NCBI GenBank assembly: GCA_016713865.1
Contig: JADJOG010000045.1
Location: forward strand, 34,898-98,897
Direction of reading: 5' to 3'
From: Flavobacteriales bacterium
Lineage (GTDB): Bacteria; Bacteroidota; Bacteroidia; Flavobacteriales_F; PHOS-HE28
Length of the DNA stretch: 64,000 nt
The translations under genes were made by a program, and so were the position numbers. A model generated the notes under the pieces. The model was not told where the DNA came from. It saw only the letters and a list, made by a program, of their open reading frames with translations, and searched no databases. Shown piece after piece: positions 53,644 through 62,207 of this stretch (positions are counted from its first letter, which is position 1; every line of letters starts with the position of its first letter).

Positions 53644-54432
53644 CTAGGCGGCCACCCCAACAACACTCACCATCGCCGCCTTCGCCGCATCCACAGCCAG
53701 CTCCGCGCTAGCGAGGTTTTGCGAAGCGATGGCAGGGTTCTTCGCATCCAGCAGCACGCTGATCATCAACGTCCCCTGCTTCGCTTGCACCGTGAACCGC
53801 CTCGGGTGCGCTCCATCAGTATTGCAAGTGTGAATGAACCGGCAGGCTTCACCGTCGGATCTCGAATCCCGTCTCCGTCGATACTGTGTCAACCATTGGC
53901 GCAAGGCGATCCGATCCGTCCGGGTAAAGACGGTGTCAACTCCCAATTCGCCCAACTCACCGGTATTCATCGAAACAACGAGCGTGTCGTTGGTCTCCAC
54001 CAGAAAGGCGCTGCGTTCATACACGCCGCCGTGGTGGTCGTTCTCGGCAAGGGAGAACCAATGGGGCAGCTTCGAGCATCCATCGAAGAGGGTGAGCGTT
54101 AGATACCGCACCGCATGGTCGCACTCGGGAGAACTGTTCAGGACAAGGAGCCCCAAGCGAGATTCCCTTATCAAGATCTTGCCTATGACCCACGCAGAAT
54201 CACTTTCCGTCATTCTCCTGTCGTGAAGGGCTTGGAAACCTTCCGCATCCAAGCTGATCCAATTCGGATCAATCGTCTTTTCAACGTAGTTCAGGTCGAA
54301 CTGGCGTTCCGTTATCACAGGAGCGCTTCCAATGACCTCGCACAGATCAGAAGGGGATGAGGGCAGGCGAGGATAACCAAGTTGACTCAGCACGAGCGGC
54401 ACACAGGTCAACAAGGTCAGGGAGGGCTTCAT
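53644..54432 (-). CDS. hypothetical secreted/lipoprotein whose 3' end is a diverged copy of the mfd 3' end
   Basis: Signal peptide MKPSLTLLTCVPLVLS. Its last ~100 nt are homologous to the last ~90 nt of mfd: both contain caccatcgccgccttcgc and gcacgctgatc...gtcccc, and the proteins share a C-terminal ...AKAAM(V/E)SVVGV..AA tail. Confidence 0.45.
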   Translation of the reverse strand: MKPSLTLLTCVPLVLSQLGYPRLPSSPSDLCEVIGSAPVITERQFDLNYVEKTIDPNWISLDAEGFQALHDRRMTESDSAWVIGKILIRESRLGLLVLNSSPECDHAVRYLTLTLFDGCSKLPHWFSLAENDHHGGVYERSAFLVETNDTLVVSMNTGELGELGVDTVFTRTDRIALRQWLTQYRRRRDSRSDGEACRFIHTCNTDGAHPRRFTVQAKQGTLMISVLLDAKNPAIASQNLASAELAVDAAKAAMVSVVGVAA

Positions 54433-54477
54433 GCCAATTGGTTCAGGTGTTGGTTGAACGATCTACGGACCAAGTTC

Positions 54478-57400
54478 TTATGCTGCAACGTTCACCCCCA
54501 CAACGGATTCCATCGCCGCCTTCGCACCCTGAACGTTCTTCACATCCTGCACGCTGATCCGCAAAGTCCCCGCCTTCTCGTACACCTTGAAGCGTCGTGG
54601 TTGCGCTTGCACGGCGCGAAGTACTGCGTTGAAGCCATCGCCCTCGAAGAACGGGTGCTTTTGATCCGCGATGAAGGTGCCGATGAGCGTGCCCTTCTTC
54701 AGCACCATCTTCTCCAGGCCCATGCGTTGCCCCAGCCAGCGCAGGCGGATGCCTTCGAGCAGTTCGTTCACCAGCGGTGGGATCGGGCCGAATCGGTCGG
54801 TGACCTCCGTGGTGAACTTCTGCAGTTCCGCTTCGTCCTTGATGTCGTCCAGCCTGCGGTAGAGCGCAAGGCGTTCGGCGGTCTCGCTCACGTAGCTGTT
54901 GGGAATCAGCATGGTGAGATCGGTCTCGATGATGCAGTCGTCGCTCTGGTCGCGGCGTGATCCGCGGGCGAGTGCGTGGCTGCCTTCCTGGGCATCGTCG
55001 AAGAGGTCCTTAAAGTGCTGGTCCTTCAATTCGCGCACGGCCTCCTCCAGGATCTTGTGGTAGGTCTCGAAGCCGATGTCGTTGATGAAGCCGCTCTGCT
55101 CCGCGCCGAGCAGATCGCCCGCACCGCGGATGTCGAGGTCTTTCATCGCGATGTGGATGCCGCTGCCCAGGTCGCTGAACTGCTCGATGGCTTGCAGGCG
55201 TTTGCGGCTGAGGTCGGGGAGCAGGTGCGGGCTCGGCGCGAGCAGGTAGCAGTAGGCCTTTTTGTTGCTGCGCCCCACGCGACCGCGCAATTGGTGCAGA
55301 TCGCTCAGACCGAAGTTCTGTGCCTCGTTCACGATGATCGTGTTGGCGTTCGGGATGTCGAGGCCGTTCTCCACGATGGTGGTGCAGACGAGAATGTCGG
55401 TGTTGCCTTCGATGAAGTCCATCATCACTTCCTCCAACTTGTGGCCTTCCAGTTGACCATGACCAACGCCCACGCGAGAACCGGGTACGAGCTTCCGGAT
55501 CATGTCGGCGATGAACTCGATGTTCTTCACCTTGTCGTGCAGGAAGTACACCTGGCCGCCGCGTGAGAGTTCATACTCGATCGCACCGCGTATCGTCACT
55601 TCATCGTACGGCTGCAACATCGTGCTCACCGGATACCGGTTCGGCGGCGGCGTGCTGATAATGCTCAGGTCACGCGCGCCCATGAGGCTGAATTGCAAGG
55701 TGCGCGGAATCGGTGTGGCGGTCAGTGTCAGCGTGTCCACCGTCGCGCGCAACGTCTTCAATTTGTCCTTCACGTTCACGCCGAACTTCTGCTCTTCGTC
55801 GATGATCAGCAGGCCGAGGTCCTTGTACACAACATCCTTGCTCACCAAGCGGTGTGTGCCGATGAGGATATCGATCTTTCCTTCCTTCAGGTCCTTGAGG
55901 ATCTGCGTCTGCTGCGCGCTGCTGCGAAAACGGTTGATGTAGTCCACGCGCACGGGTAGCCCTTTCATGCGGGCCGAGAAGCTCTTCCAGTGCTGCAACG
56001 CGAGGATCGTGGTTGGCACGAGCACTGCTGCCTGCTTGCCATCGCACACCGCTTTGAACGCGGCACGTATCGCCACTTCCGTCTTTCCGAAACCGACATC
56101 GCCGCAGACCAGTCGATCCATCGGCGTGCTCTTCTCCATGTCGCGCTTCACGTCCTGCGTGGCCTTCAGCTGGTCGGGTGTGTCTTCGTAGATGAAGCTC
56201 GCCTCGAGTTCGTGCTGCAGGTAGTTGTCCGGCTGGAACGCGAAGCCCGGTTTGCTTTTGCGTTGCGCGTACAGCTTAATCAGGTCGAAGGCGAGCGCCT
56301 TCACCTTGGCCTTGGTCTTCTCCTTCAGGTTCTTCCACGCGGGCGTGCCGAGCTTGCTGATGTTCGGTGCCTTGCCGCTTTCCTCGCCGCTGTACTTGCT
56401 CACGCGGTGCAGACTGTGGATGCCCACGTATAGGATGTCGTTGTCGCGGTACTTCAGGCGGATGGCTTCTTGCATGGAGCCGCCCGCGTCGATGGTCTCC
56501 AATCCGCTGAAGACACCGATGCCATGGTCGATGTGTACCACCAGGTCGCCGGGCTTCAGTTGCGTGAGCTCCTTCAGCGTGAGCGCCTGCGAGTTCTTGC
56601 GGAAACCCTCTTTCAACCGATAGCGGTGGTAGCGCTCGAATATCTGGTGGTCGGTGTACAGTGCCAGCTTCAGCTCGGGGTCGATGAAGCCTTCGTGCAG
56701 ATCAAGAACAAGAGGCGTGAAGGCCACCTCATGCTCCATATCATTGAAGATCGTGTAGAGCCGTTCGCTCTGCTTCGCGCTGTTGCAGGCGATCAGGTTG
56801 GTGTAGCCCGCGTTCTGCTTGTTGTGCAGGTCGCCGCTGAGGACCTTGAACTCTTTGGCGAACGTTGGTTGCGGCCTCTGCTGGAAGTCAACGATTACAG
56901 AGGATTGCTGATTCGCTGATTCCTGATTCGCGCTGCGGAGGAAGACCTTGCGGAAGCCGAGTGTGCTCTTGATCGATTCCGTGTCGGTCGCAAGCAATTC
57001 GCTTGGCGTTGGATGTTTGTCCTTCTCCGAGAGCTTCTCATACACCTCGTTCAACAACTTCAACTGCTTCGTTGCTGCATCGCCGATGGCTTGCAGATCG
57101 CGCAGCCAGATCACCGCATCCTCCGGCAGTTGCGCGAAGAAGTTCTGTTGGCGCGCGGCATCCTCATCCTGCAGGTCAGGCACGATTACAGCTTCCGCAA
57201 GGAACTCCACGGTCAATTGGTCCTGCGGATCGAAGCGGCGCACGCTCTCCACGTTGTCGCCGAACAACTCGATGCGGTAGGGCTTGTCGCTGCCGTAACT
57301 GAACACGTCCACGATACCGCCGCGGATGCTGTACTGCCCCGGCTCGTACACGAACTCCACGCGGCTGAAGCCCGTTTCCTCCAACCACTCTTGCAGCGTG

Positions 57401-57891
57401 TCGATGGGCAGCTCCTCGTGGCGCTTCACCGTGAGCGTGTTGCTCTTCATCTCCTCCTGGCCCATCACGAGCGGCACCAGCGCTTCCGGGTAGGTGACGA
57501 GTATGAGCCGCTCCGGCTTCTTCATCAGCGCTTCCAGGACTTCCGTGCGGCTCATACGCTCGCCGTCGTGATGGCCTTCTGGGTCGTAAGGCGAACGGGA
57601 AGGAGCGGGGAAGAAGAAGGTGTCCTCATCCTTCGCCTTGCGACTCTCCTTGTCCTTCCCGCGAAGCGCTTCGAGGTCGTTAAGGAAGTAGGCGGCCTCC
57701 TCGCGGTCAGTGAGCACGAACACATGCACGCCGCCCATCCGCTCCATCACGGATGCGGCAATGAGCGCCTGCGCCGAACCGATGGTGCCGGCGATCTGCA
57801 CGCGGGCAGCTTTTTCGCGTAAGCCTTCAGCCACGCGGGCTATGCGGGCATCGGAGCGGTAGAGGGAGAGGAGGTCGGGGAGGGATGTCAC
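54478..57891 (-). CDS. mfd: transcription-repair coupling factor Mfd
   Basis: Full-length Mfd: the UvrB-homology N-terminus, a CarD/TRCF RNA polymerase-interacting domain, DEAD/H helicase motifs (GDVGFGKTEVAIRAAF, DEEQKFG, and HQLRGRVGRS in the helicase C-terminal domain), and a TRCF C-terminus. The start is the GTG at 57891 (MTSLPDLLSLYRSD). Confidence 0.85.
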   Translation of the reverse strand: MTSLPDLLSLYRSDARIARVAEGLREKAARVQIAGTIGSAQALIAASVMERMGGVHVFVLTDREEAAYFLNDLEALRGKDKESRKAKDEDTFFFPAPSRSPYDPEGHHDGERMSRTEVLEALMKKPERLILVTYPEALVPLVMGQEEMKSNTLTVKRHEELPIDTLQEWLEETGFSRVEFVYEPGQYSIRGGIVDVFSYGSDKPYRIELFGDNVESVRRFDPQDQLTVEFLAEAVIVPDLQDEDAARQQNFFAQLPEDAVIWLRDLQAIGDAATKQLKLLNEVYEKLSEKDKHPTPSELLATDTESIKSTLGFRKVFLRSANQESANQQSSVIVDFQQRPQPTFAKEFKVLSGDLHNKQNAGYTNLIACNSAKQSERLYTIFNDMEHEVAFTPLVLDLHEGFIDPELKLALYTDHQIFERYHRYRLKEGFRKNSQALTLKELTQLKPGDLVVHIDHGIGVFSGLETIDAGGSMQEAIRLKYRDNDILYVGIHSLHRVSKYSGEESGKAPNISKLGTPAWKNLKEKTKAKVKALAFDLIKLYAQRKSKPGFAFQPDNYLQHELEASFIYEDTPDQLKATQDVKRDMEKSTPMDRLVCGDVGFGKTEVAIRAAFKAVCDGKQAAVLVPTTILALQHWKSFSARMKGLPVRVDYINRFRSSAQQTQILKDLKEGKIDILIGTHRLVSKDVVYKDLGLLIIDEEQKFGVNVKDKLKTLRATVDTLTLTATPIPRTLQFSLMGARDLSIISTPPPNRYPVSTMLQPYDEVTIRGAIEYELSRGGQVYFLHDKVKNIEFIADMIRKLVPGSRVGVGHGQLEGHKLEEVMMDFIEGNTDILVCTTIVENGLDIPNANTIIVNEAQNFGLSDLHQLRGRVGRSNKKAYCYLLAPSPHLLPDLSRKRLQAIEQFSDLGSGIHIAMKDLDIRGAGDLLGAEQSGFINDIGFETYHKILEEAVRELKDQHFKDLFDDAQEGSHALARGSRRDQSDDCIIETDLTMLIPNSYVSETAERLALYRRLDDIKDEAELQKFTTEVTDRFGPIPPLVNELLEGIRLRWLGQRMGLEKMVLKKGTLIGTFIADQKHPFFEGDGFNAVLRAVQAQPRRFKVYEKAGTLRISVQDVKNVQGAKAAMESVVGVNVAA

Positions 57892-57931
57892 TGTGCCGGT
57901 GTGGTTATGCGTTGACAGCAAGGGCAAGTGT

Positions 57932-58792
57932 TTAATTGGCTGGAGGGGCGACCCAGTCCCATATCCCTCTCTTATGATTGAATGTCCAGTGCACAGCTTT
58001 TGTAAAGTTCTGGCTGGGGTTTGTGCAACGTATTTCCAACCCTCGGCCCAAGGCAAGTGCGTCCTGTCTTTTTGCTCTATCGTTCAAGCGACGCTGGTGC
58101 CGAAGCAACTCATTGTAGAAGAGAACGACTCGATGGAAGATCTCTTCCCACCAGGGATATCGTTCTTGAGTGTGGGGTGCGTGTCTCTTCGGGTCATAGT
58201 TCGTGAAGCCGATGCTGTTGTCTGTTATGTAGAACTGACTGTGAGCGACGGCATTACGCACTTGAGACCGATATATGCTCTTCAAGAGGTTGTAGTACTT
58301 GGGACATGTTGACTGAAGCGGGTCACGTATCTGAAGTCTGATTAGTTCTTGTCTAGAATCGTCGGGGCCAATTGTGTACTGCCAATTGAATGGCTGGCCT
58401 AAAGCAAGCTGGGTATAGTGGTAGAGCTTCTTCAGAATGCGATCTGCTTCCCAGAACCTCAGATAAACCATCATCTCGAACTGAATTGTCTGCCGAATTG
58501 CCTTTGCGACGTCGGGGTCCTTCTCCGCTTTATCGAATGTCTCCTTTCGCGACTCGTTTGCTAAGAAGGCCTTTCGATACATGTCGTAGAACTCGTATTG
58601 GGTGTGCTCTGCTTCATGATCCCAACCACCCAGTCCAGGGCCGAATCCGTTGTCGATTTCAGTGAATTGCCCGATTTCTGTCAACAAGAGATCCTGAGGG
58701 TGATCTAAGTTCCGATAGATGGTCTGAAACAGTTCGGCGACGGCCTCTTCCACCTCCGGTCGAAGCCTTTCGAGAATTTCTTCGAATAGCAT
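57932..58792 (-). CDS. hypothetical protein with a canonical HEPN-type R-N-x3-H motif (candidate defence/abortive-infection RNase), in a low-GC islet
   Basis: 286 aa at about 50% GC in a ~65% GC background. It carries the motif SQVRNAVAHSQFYI (R-N-x-x-x-H), is largely alpha-helical, and has no signal peptide. Confidence 0.45.
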   Translation of the reverse strand: MLFEEILERLRPEVEEAVAELFQTIYRNLDHPQDLLLTEIGQFTEIDNGFGPGLGGWDHEAEHTQYEFYDMYRKAFLANESRKETFDKAEKDPDVAKAIRQTIQFEMMVYLRFWEADRILKKLYHYTQLALGQPFNWQYTIGPDDSRQELIRLQIRDPLQSTCPKYYNLLKSIYRSQVRNAVAHSQFYITDNSIGFTNYDPKRHAPHTQERYPWWEEIFHRVVLFYNELLRHQRRLNDRAKRQDALALGRGLEIRCTNPSQNFTKAVHWTFNHKRGIWDWVAPPAN

Positions 58793-58920
58793 GTTTCGGT
58801 GATATGGTCACACAAACGCCCGAAACCCGGTGCCGCACATCGCGGGCATCGGGTTCGGGTGGTCAAATGTACCGTCATGGGTTCGCTCAGTATGTAGCTT
58901 TTGTCGTATAGCTTTCCGAC

Positions 58921-59490
58921 ATGGGGTACGCCTTTTCTCACTCATGGGCAATGACGCGACGTTCTTGTATGCAGGGCGATCGTTTGGAAGGATTTCTACT
59001 GCATGAGTTCTTCGTTCAGCACTTACCCTATCGCCTGTCTCAATTGCTCGCATTGAGGAGGTGGGAGGAAGAGCGCCGACAATTAATTCCCTGCGCACAA
59101 CATCGACGCTTTGCTCCTGCACACGTCGAGGCCACTGCTCTGATGGCTAGAGCTTTCCTTAATCTTCTCGGAGTGTCCTACGCTCCGAACTCCAATCAAT
59201 TGGTCACGACCAGGTTTAAGGATGATGATTTACGCGCTACCGACTTGGGTGGCAGAATGGTTGACCTCAATAGCTTGAATGAGGCTGACCAGGATATCCT
59301 GAAACGTGTCTTGTATCAAGCGAATAAGGCGACCGCCCACATCACTTTCGGCGATTACATGATGGACGGTTGGCAGTGTCTTCCCCGTGGAGTCGATATT
59401 GTCTACGAGTTGCTCCGAACACATCTGTATGAACCCGCCGGCTACCCGATGCTGGAGGTGTGGAAGAATCCTGAAGAGGAAGTGGGGTAA
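58921..59490 (+). CDS. hypothetical protein divergent from the HEPN-motif gene, with a degenerate copy of the same motif
   Basis: 189 aa at about 50% GC. QANKATAHITF parallels QVRNAVAHSQF of the neighbouring protein, with R-N replaced by N-K. It is flanked by ~27-bp imperfect direct repeats. Confidence 0.35.
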   Translation: MGYAFSHSWAMTRRSCMQGDRLEGFLLHEFFVQHLPYRLSQLLALRRWEEERRQLIPCAQHRRFAPAHVEATALMARAFLNLLGVSYAPNSNQLVTTRFKDDDLRATDLGGRMVDLNSLNEADQDILKRVLYQANKATAHITFGDYMMDGWQCLPRGVDIVYELLRTHLYEPAGYPMLEVWKNPEEEVG

Positions 59491-59601
59491 TTCCCTGCTC
59501 ACGTTTCCCGCGTCGAGGTGCCTCGTTTCTTGCTGCACATTGAGCCCAACGCCGCGCATTCCGGGCATCGGGTTCGGGAACGGGTGCGAAGCTACGTGTA
59601 G

Positions 59602-61824
59602 CTATTCCTTGATCAGCCGTGCGCTTTCCATTGCTGTCGTGGAAGCGATCTGAACGATGTAGATGCCAGGAGGAAGGTTGCTGATATCGATGTGCGCCAC
59701 ACCCGCCACCTGCGCGCCACGGACGATACGACCCTGTGCATCGAAGATGGTGAGCCTGGCGGGTGCAGGGTCCGTGCGTTCGATGCGCACGTTATCCGTG
59801 GCCGGATTCGGGAAGATGCGTGTGCCCGATGTTGGCGCGGCAGTTAGTCCCGTGACGATGACTTGGATCGGTGCCGATGGCGCCGATACGCAACCAGGCC
59901 CTTCGGTAACGACCACATGGTAGTTGCCCGGTGCGATGGCCTCCAAGCACAGGTTGTTTCCATCAGGAATGGGTTCGCCGTTAAGGAACCATTGCACAGT
60001 GCCGAAGGTGTGGGTGCAGAGGTAGGAGCCGACCTGCTGGATCGCTGGCACGAACGCCATTTGTGGGCAGCCGATCTGCGCCCGGAAAATGTCGCCGTCG
60101 TTCGCAGCACCGATCAATGTGCCATCCACGAAGGCCGCATCGCTGAAGGACGAATTCAGAACTTCGGAGATGAAGTTGTTCTCCCAGCTTATTCCACCAT
60201 CCACGCTGCGCACGGTCTGCCCGGATGATGCGACCGCATAGCCTGTATCGGCATCGGTGAAGAAGATGGCCCGTGTCGATTGTGGCGTTCCACTCATGAT
60301 CGTCCATGTTTGCCCGCCATCCGTGGTTCTATGAAGTCCTGTCCATCCGCGCTCTTCATCCAGGAAGAAGACCGTGACCTGTCCTGCACTCACCAATGGC
60401 CCAAGGTCGGCCCAGGTGATCCCCGCATCCGTTGTTTTGTACAAGCTGGTTCCTTCGCCCACGGCGTATCCGGTGGTTTCCGTCGGGAAGTACATGTCGT
60501 ACGGGTTGCCAGCCGGTGTGTAGGTCCAGCTGCTGCCACCGTTGGTGGTCCGATAGAACCCGCCGTTCAAATTGCCGCCTGCCACGATATAGGTGGTGGG
60601 CGAGAAGGAATGCGTGCAGCGGATCACCACTTGCGGCCGTGATCCAGCAGGTCCATTCTGAACAGTTGCAAAGAAATCGCCGGTATGCGCATTCACTCCT
60701 TGGCCACCACCCGATGAACCAGCGCCATCGGACCTGAGATGCACACCGAGACCAATCACATCCGATGCGGCCCAGTGCCTTCCGCCATCGATCGTTCGCA
60801 CGCCTTCCGTGCTGCCGGCAACAACCCCGATCTGATCATTCGCGAAGCTCATTTTAGTCAAGCCGTTCGGAGTGCCCACGTGTACGATGCTCCACGTTGC
60901 ACCCATATCCTGCGAACGGTAAACGATCCCGGAAGCACCCATGAGCCCGACGCCCGCCGGTGTGAAACTGAGCGAATGCCGTTCGCGATTGTCGGAGGTT
61001 TGCACCGTCCAAGTGGCTCCACCATCGGTGCTGCGAATGATGCGGCTCAATGCACCACAGGCGATCAACGTGTTGCCTTGTACTTCAAGGTCGTTCATGG
61101 TGGATGTGGTCGGAGAATTGATCAAGGACCAGGTGTCGCCACCATTCACGGTGCGCAGGATCACGCCCACCGCGCCCACTCCGATCCCATTCATGGCATC
61201 CCAGAAATGGAGGTCCTTGATGTTCACCAGTTGCGGAGTGGGCAATTGCTCCCATGTGCTTCCGCCATCAGTGCTGCGCAGGATGTACTGTGCGGCCACT
61301 GCGAAGCCGAGTTGATCATCCACGAAGAAGAAGCGTTCGAGCTGAGAGGTGATGCCGCTGTTCTGCAAGGACCATGTAAAGCCCGCATCCTCGGTGCGAA
61401 AGATCTTTCCGGTGGAAGTTCCAGCGAATCCAAGCGTGTCGTTCACGAAATGGATCGCGGTGCAATTGCCGATCGACACACCGATGATCGTCACAAGGGG
61501 CAGGAAGCTATCAAAGCCATCGATGGTGCGATAGATTTTGCCATTGTTCGCAGCGATCACCCCGCGTTGTGCGTCCCACATCCACAAAGCCCGAGGCATG
61601 CCACCAGTGCCCAGGTTATTCGCCTTGCGCTCCCAATGCATGCCGCCGTCACGCGTGGAAAAGATGCCGCCGTGCAGGTCATCGATCATGAAGCCTGTCA
61701 CCGGGTCGATCATTTTCATGTCTCCCAGACGGTCATCATCCCGAATGGGTGTGACCAAGTGCCATTGCTGGGCGTTGGCAACGGATCCGGACAAGAGGAG
61801 AAGGAGGGTTAGCGCGTGCTTCAT
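59602..61824 (-). CDS. BNR/Asp-box repeat protein (sortilin/Ycf48-like beta-propellers) with a T9SS type A C-terminal sorting domain
   Basis: The ATG at 61824 (MKHALTLLLLLSGSVANAQQ); repeated S/T-x-D-G-G-x-T-W boxes (STDGGSTW, TVNGGDTW, STDGGATW, TIDGGRHW, TTNGGSSW, TTDGGQTW, SVDGGISW); and the C-terminus IFPNPATDNVRIER...LTIFDAQGRIV...LPPGIYIVQI, which is TIGR04183-like. Confidence 0.75.
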   Translation of the reverse strand: MKHALTLLLLLSGSVANAQQWHLVTPIRDDDRLGDMKMIDPVTGFMIDDLHGGIFSTRDGGMHWERKANNLGTGGMPRALWMWDAQRGVIAANNGKIYRTIDGFDSFLPLVTIIGVSIGNCTAIHFVNDTLGFAGTSTGKIFRTEDAGFTWSLQNSGITSQLERFFFVDDQLGFAVAAQYILRSTDGGSTWEQLPTPQLVNIKDLHFWDAMNGIGVGAVGVILRTVNGGDTWSLINSPTTSTMNDLEVQGNTLIACGALSRIIRSTDGGATWTVQTSDNRERHSLSFTPAGVGLMGASGIVYRSQDMGATWSIVHVGTPNGLTKMSFANDQIGVVAGSTEGVRTIDGGRHWAASDVIGLGVHLRSDGAGSSGGGQGVNAHTGDFFATVQNGPAGSRPQVVIRCTHSFSPTTYIVAGGNLNGGFYRTTNGGSSWTYTPAGNPYDMYFPTETTGYAVGEGTSLYKTTDAGITWADLGPLVSAGQVTVFFLDEERGWTGLHRTTDGGQTWTIMSGTPQSTRAIFFTDADTGYAVASSGQTVRSVDGGISWENNFISEVLNSSFSDAAFVDGTLIGAANDGDIFRAQIGCPQMAFVPAIQQVGSYLCTHTFGTVQWFLNGEPIPDGNNLCLEAIAPGNYHVVVTEGPGCVSAPSAPIQVIVTGLTAAPTSGTRIFPNPATDNVRIERTDPAPARLTIFDAQGRIVRGAQVAGVAHIDISNLPPGIYIVQIASTTAMESARLIKE

Positions 61825-61877
61825 CGTGATGGATCGCGAAGTTGGGCCGATTCGGTACAACTCGGAAAGGCTTGGGT

Positions 61878-62207
61878 TCATTCCGCCTGCCACTCGAAGA
61901 CCCACTCCGTCCGCACCCACTTCTCGCCGGGCTTGGCGAAGGGCAGCGGTTGTTGGAAGGTGGACATGAGTTCCTCCCATTCCTGCACGCGCGGAGGCAG
62001 CGATGCCCCGCCACCATCCGTTGCGGCTCCGGTGCTGCTCTCCACGATCATGAATAGCCTGTTGCCTGCGCGATGGATGCTGCATTGCGTGATCCCGCTC
62101 GCGCGCAGATGGTCCAGCACCTCGGGCCACACGTTGCGGTGCCAGCGCTCGTACTCAGCGATCAACGCGGGGTCGTCCTTCAGGTCGAGGGCGTAGCAGG
62201 TGGTCAT
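61878..62207 (-). CDS. rhaM: L-rhamnose mutarotase
   Basis: 109 aa: MTTCYALDLKDDPALIAEYERWHRNVWPEVLDHLRASGITQCSIHRAGNRLFMIVE... is the typical RhaM pattern. The ORF-track 5' extension to 62738 is unsupported. Its start overlaps the fucP stop (ATGA). Confidence 0.8.
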   Translation of the reverse strand: MTTCYALDLKDDPALIAEYERWHRNVWPEVLDHLRASGITQCSIHRAGNRLFMIVESSTGAATDGGGASLPPRVQEWEELMSTFQQPLPFAKPGEKWVRTEWVFEWQAE

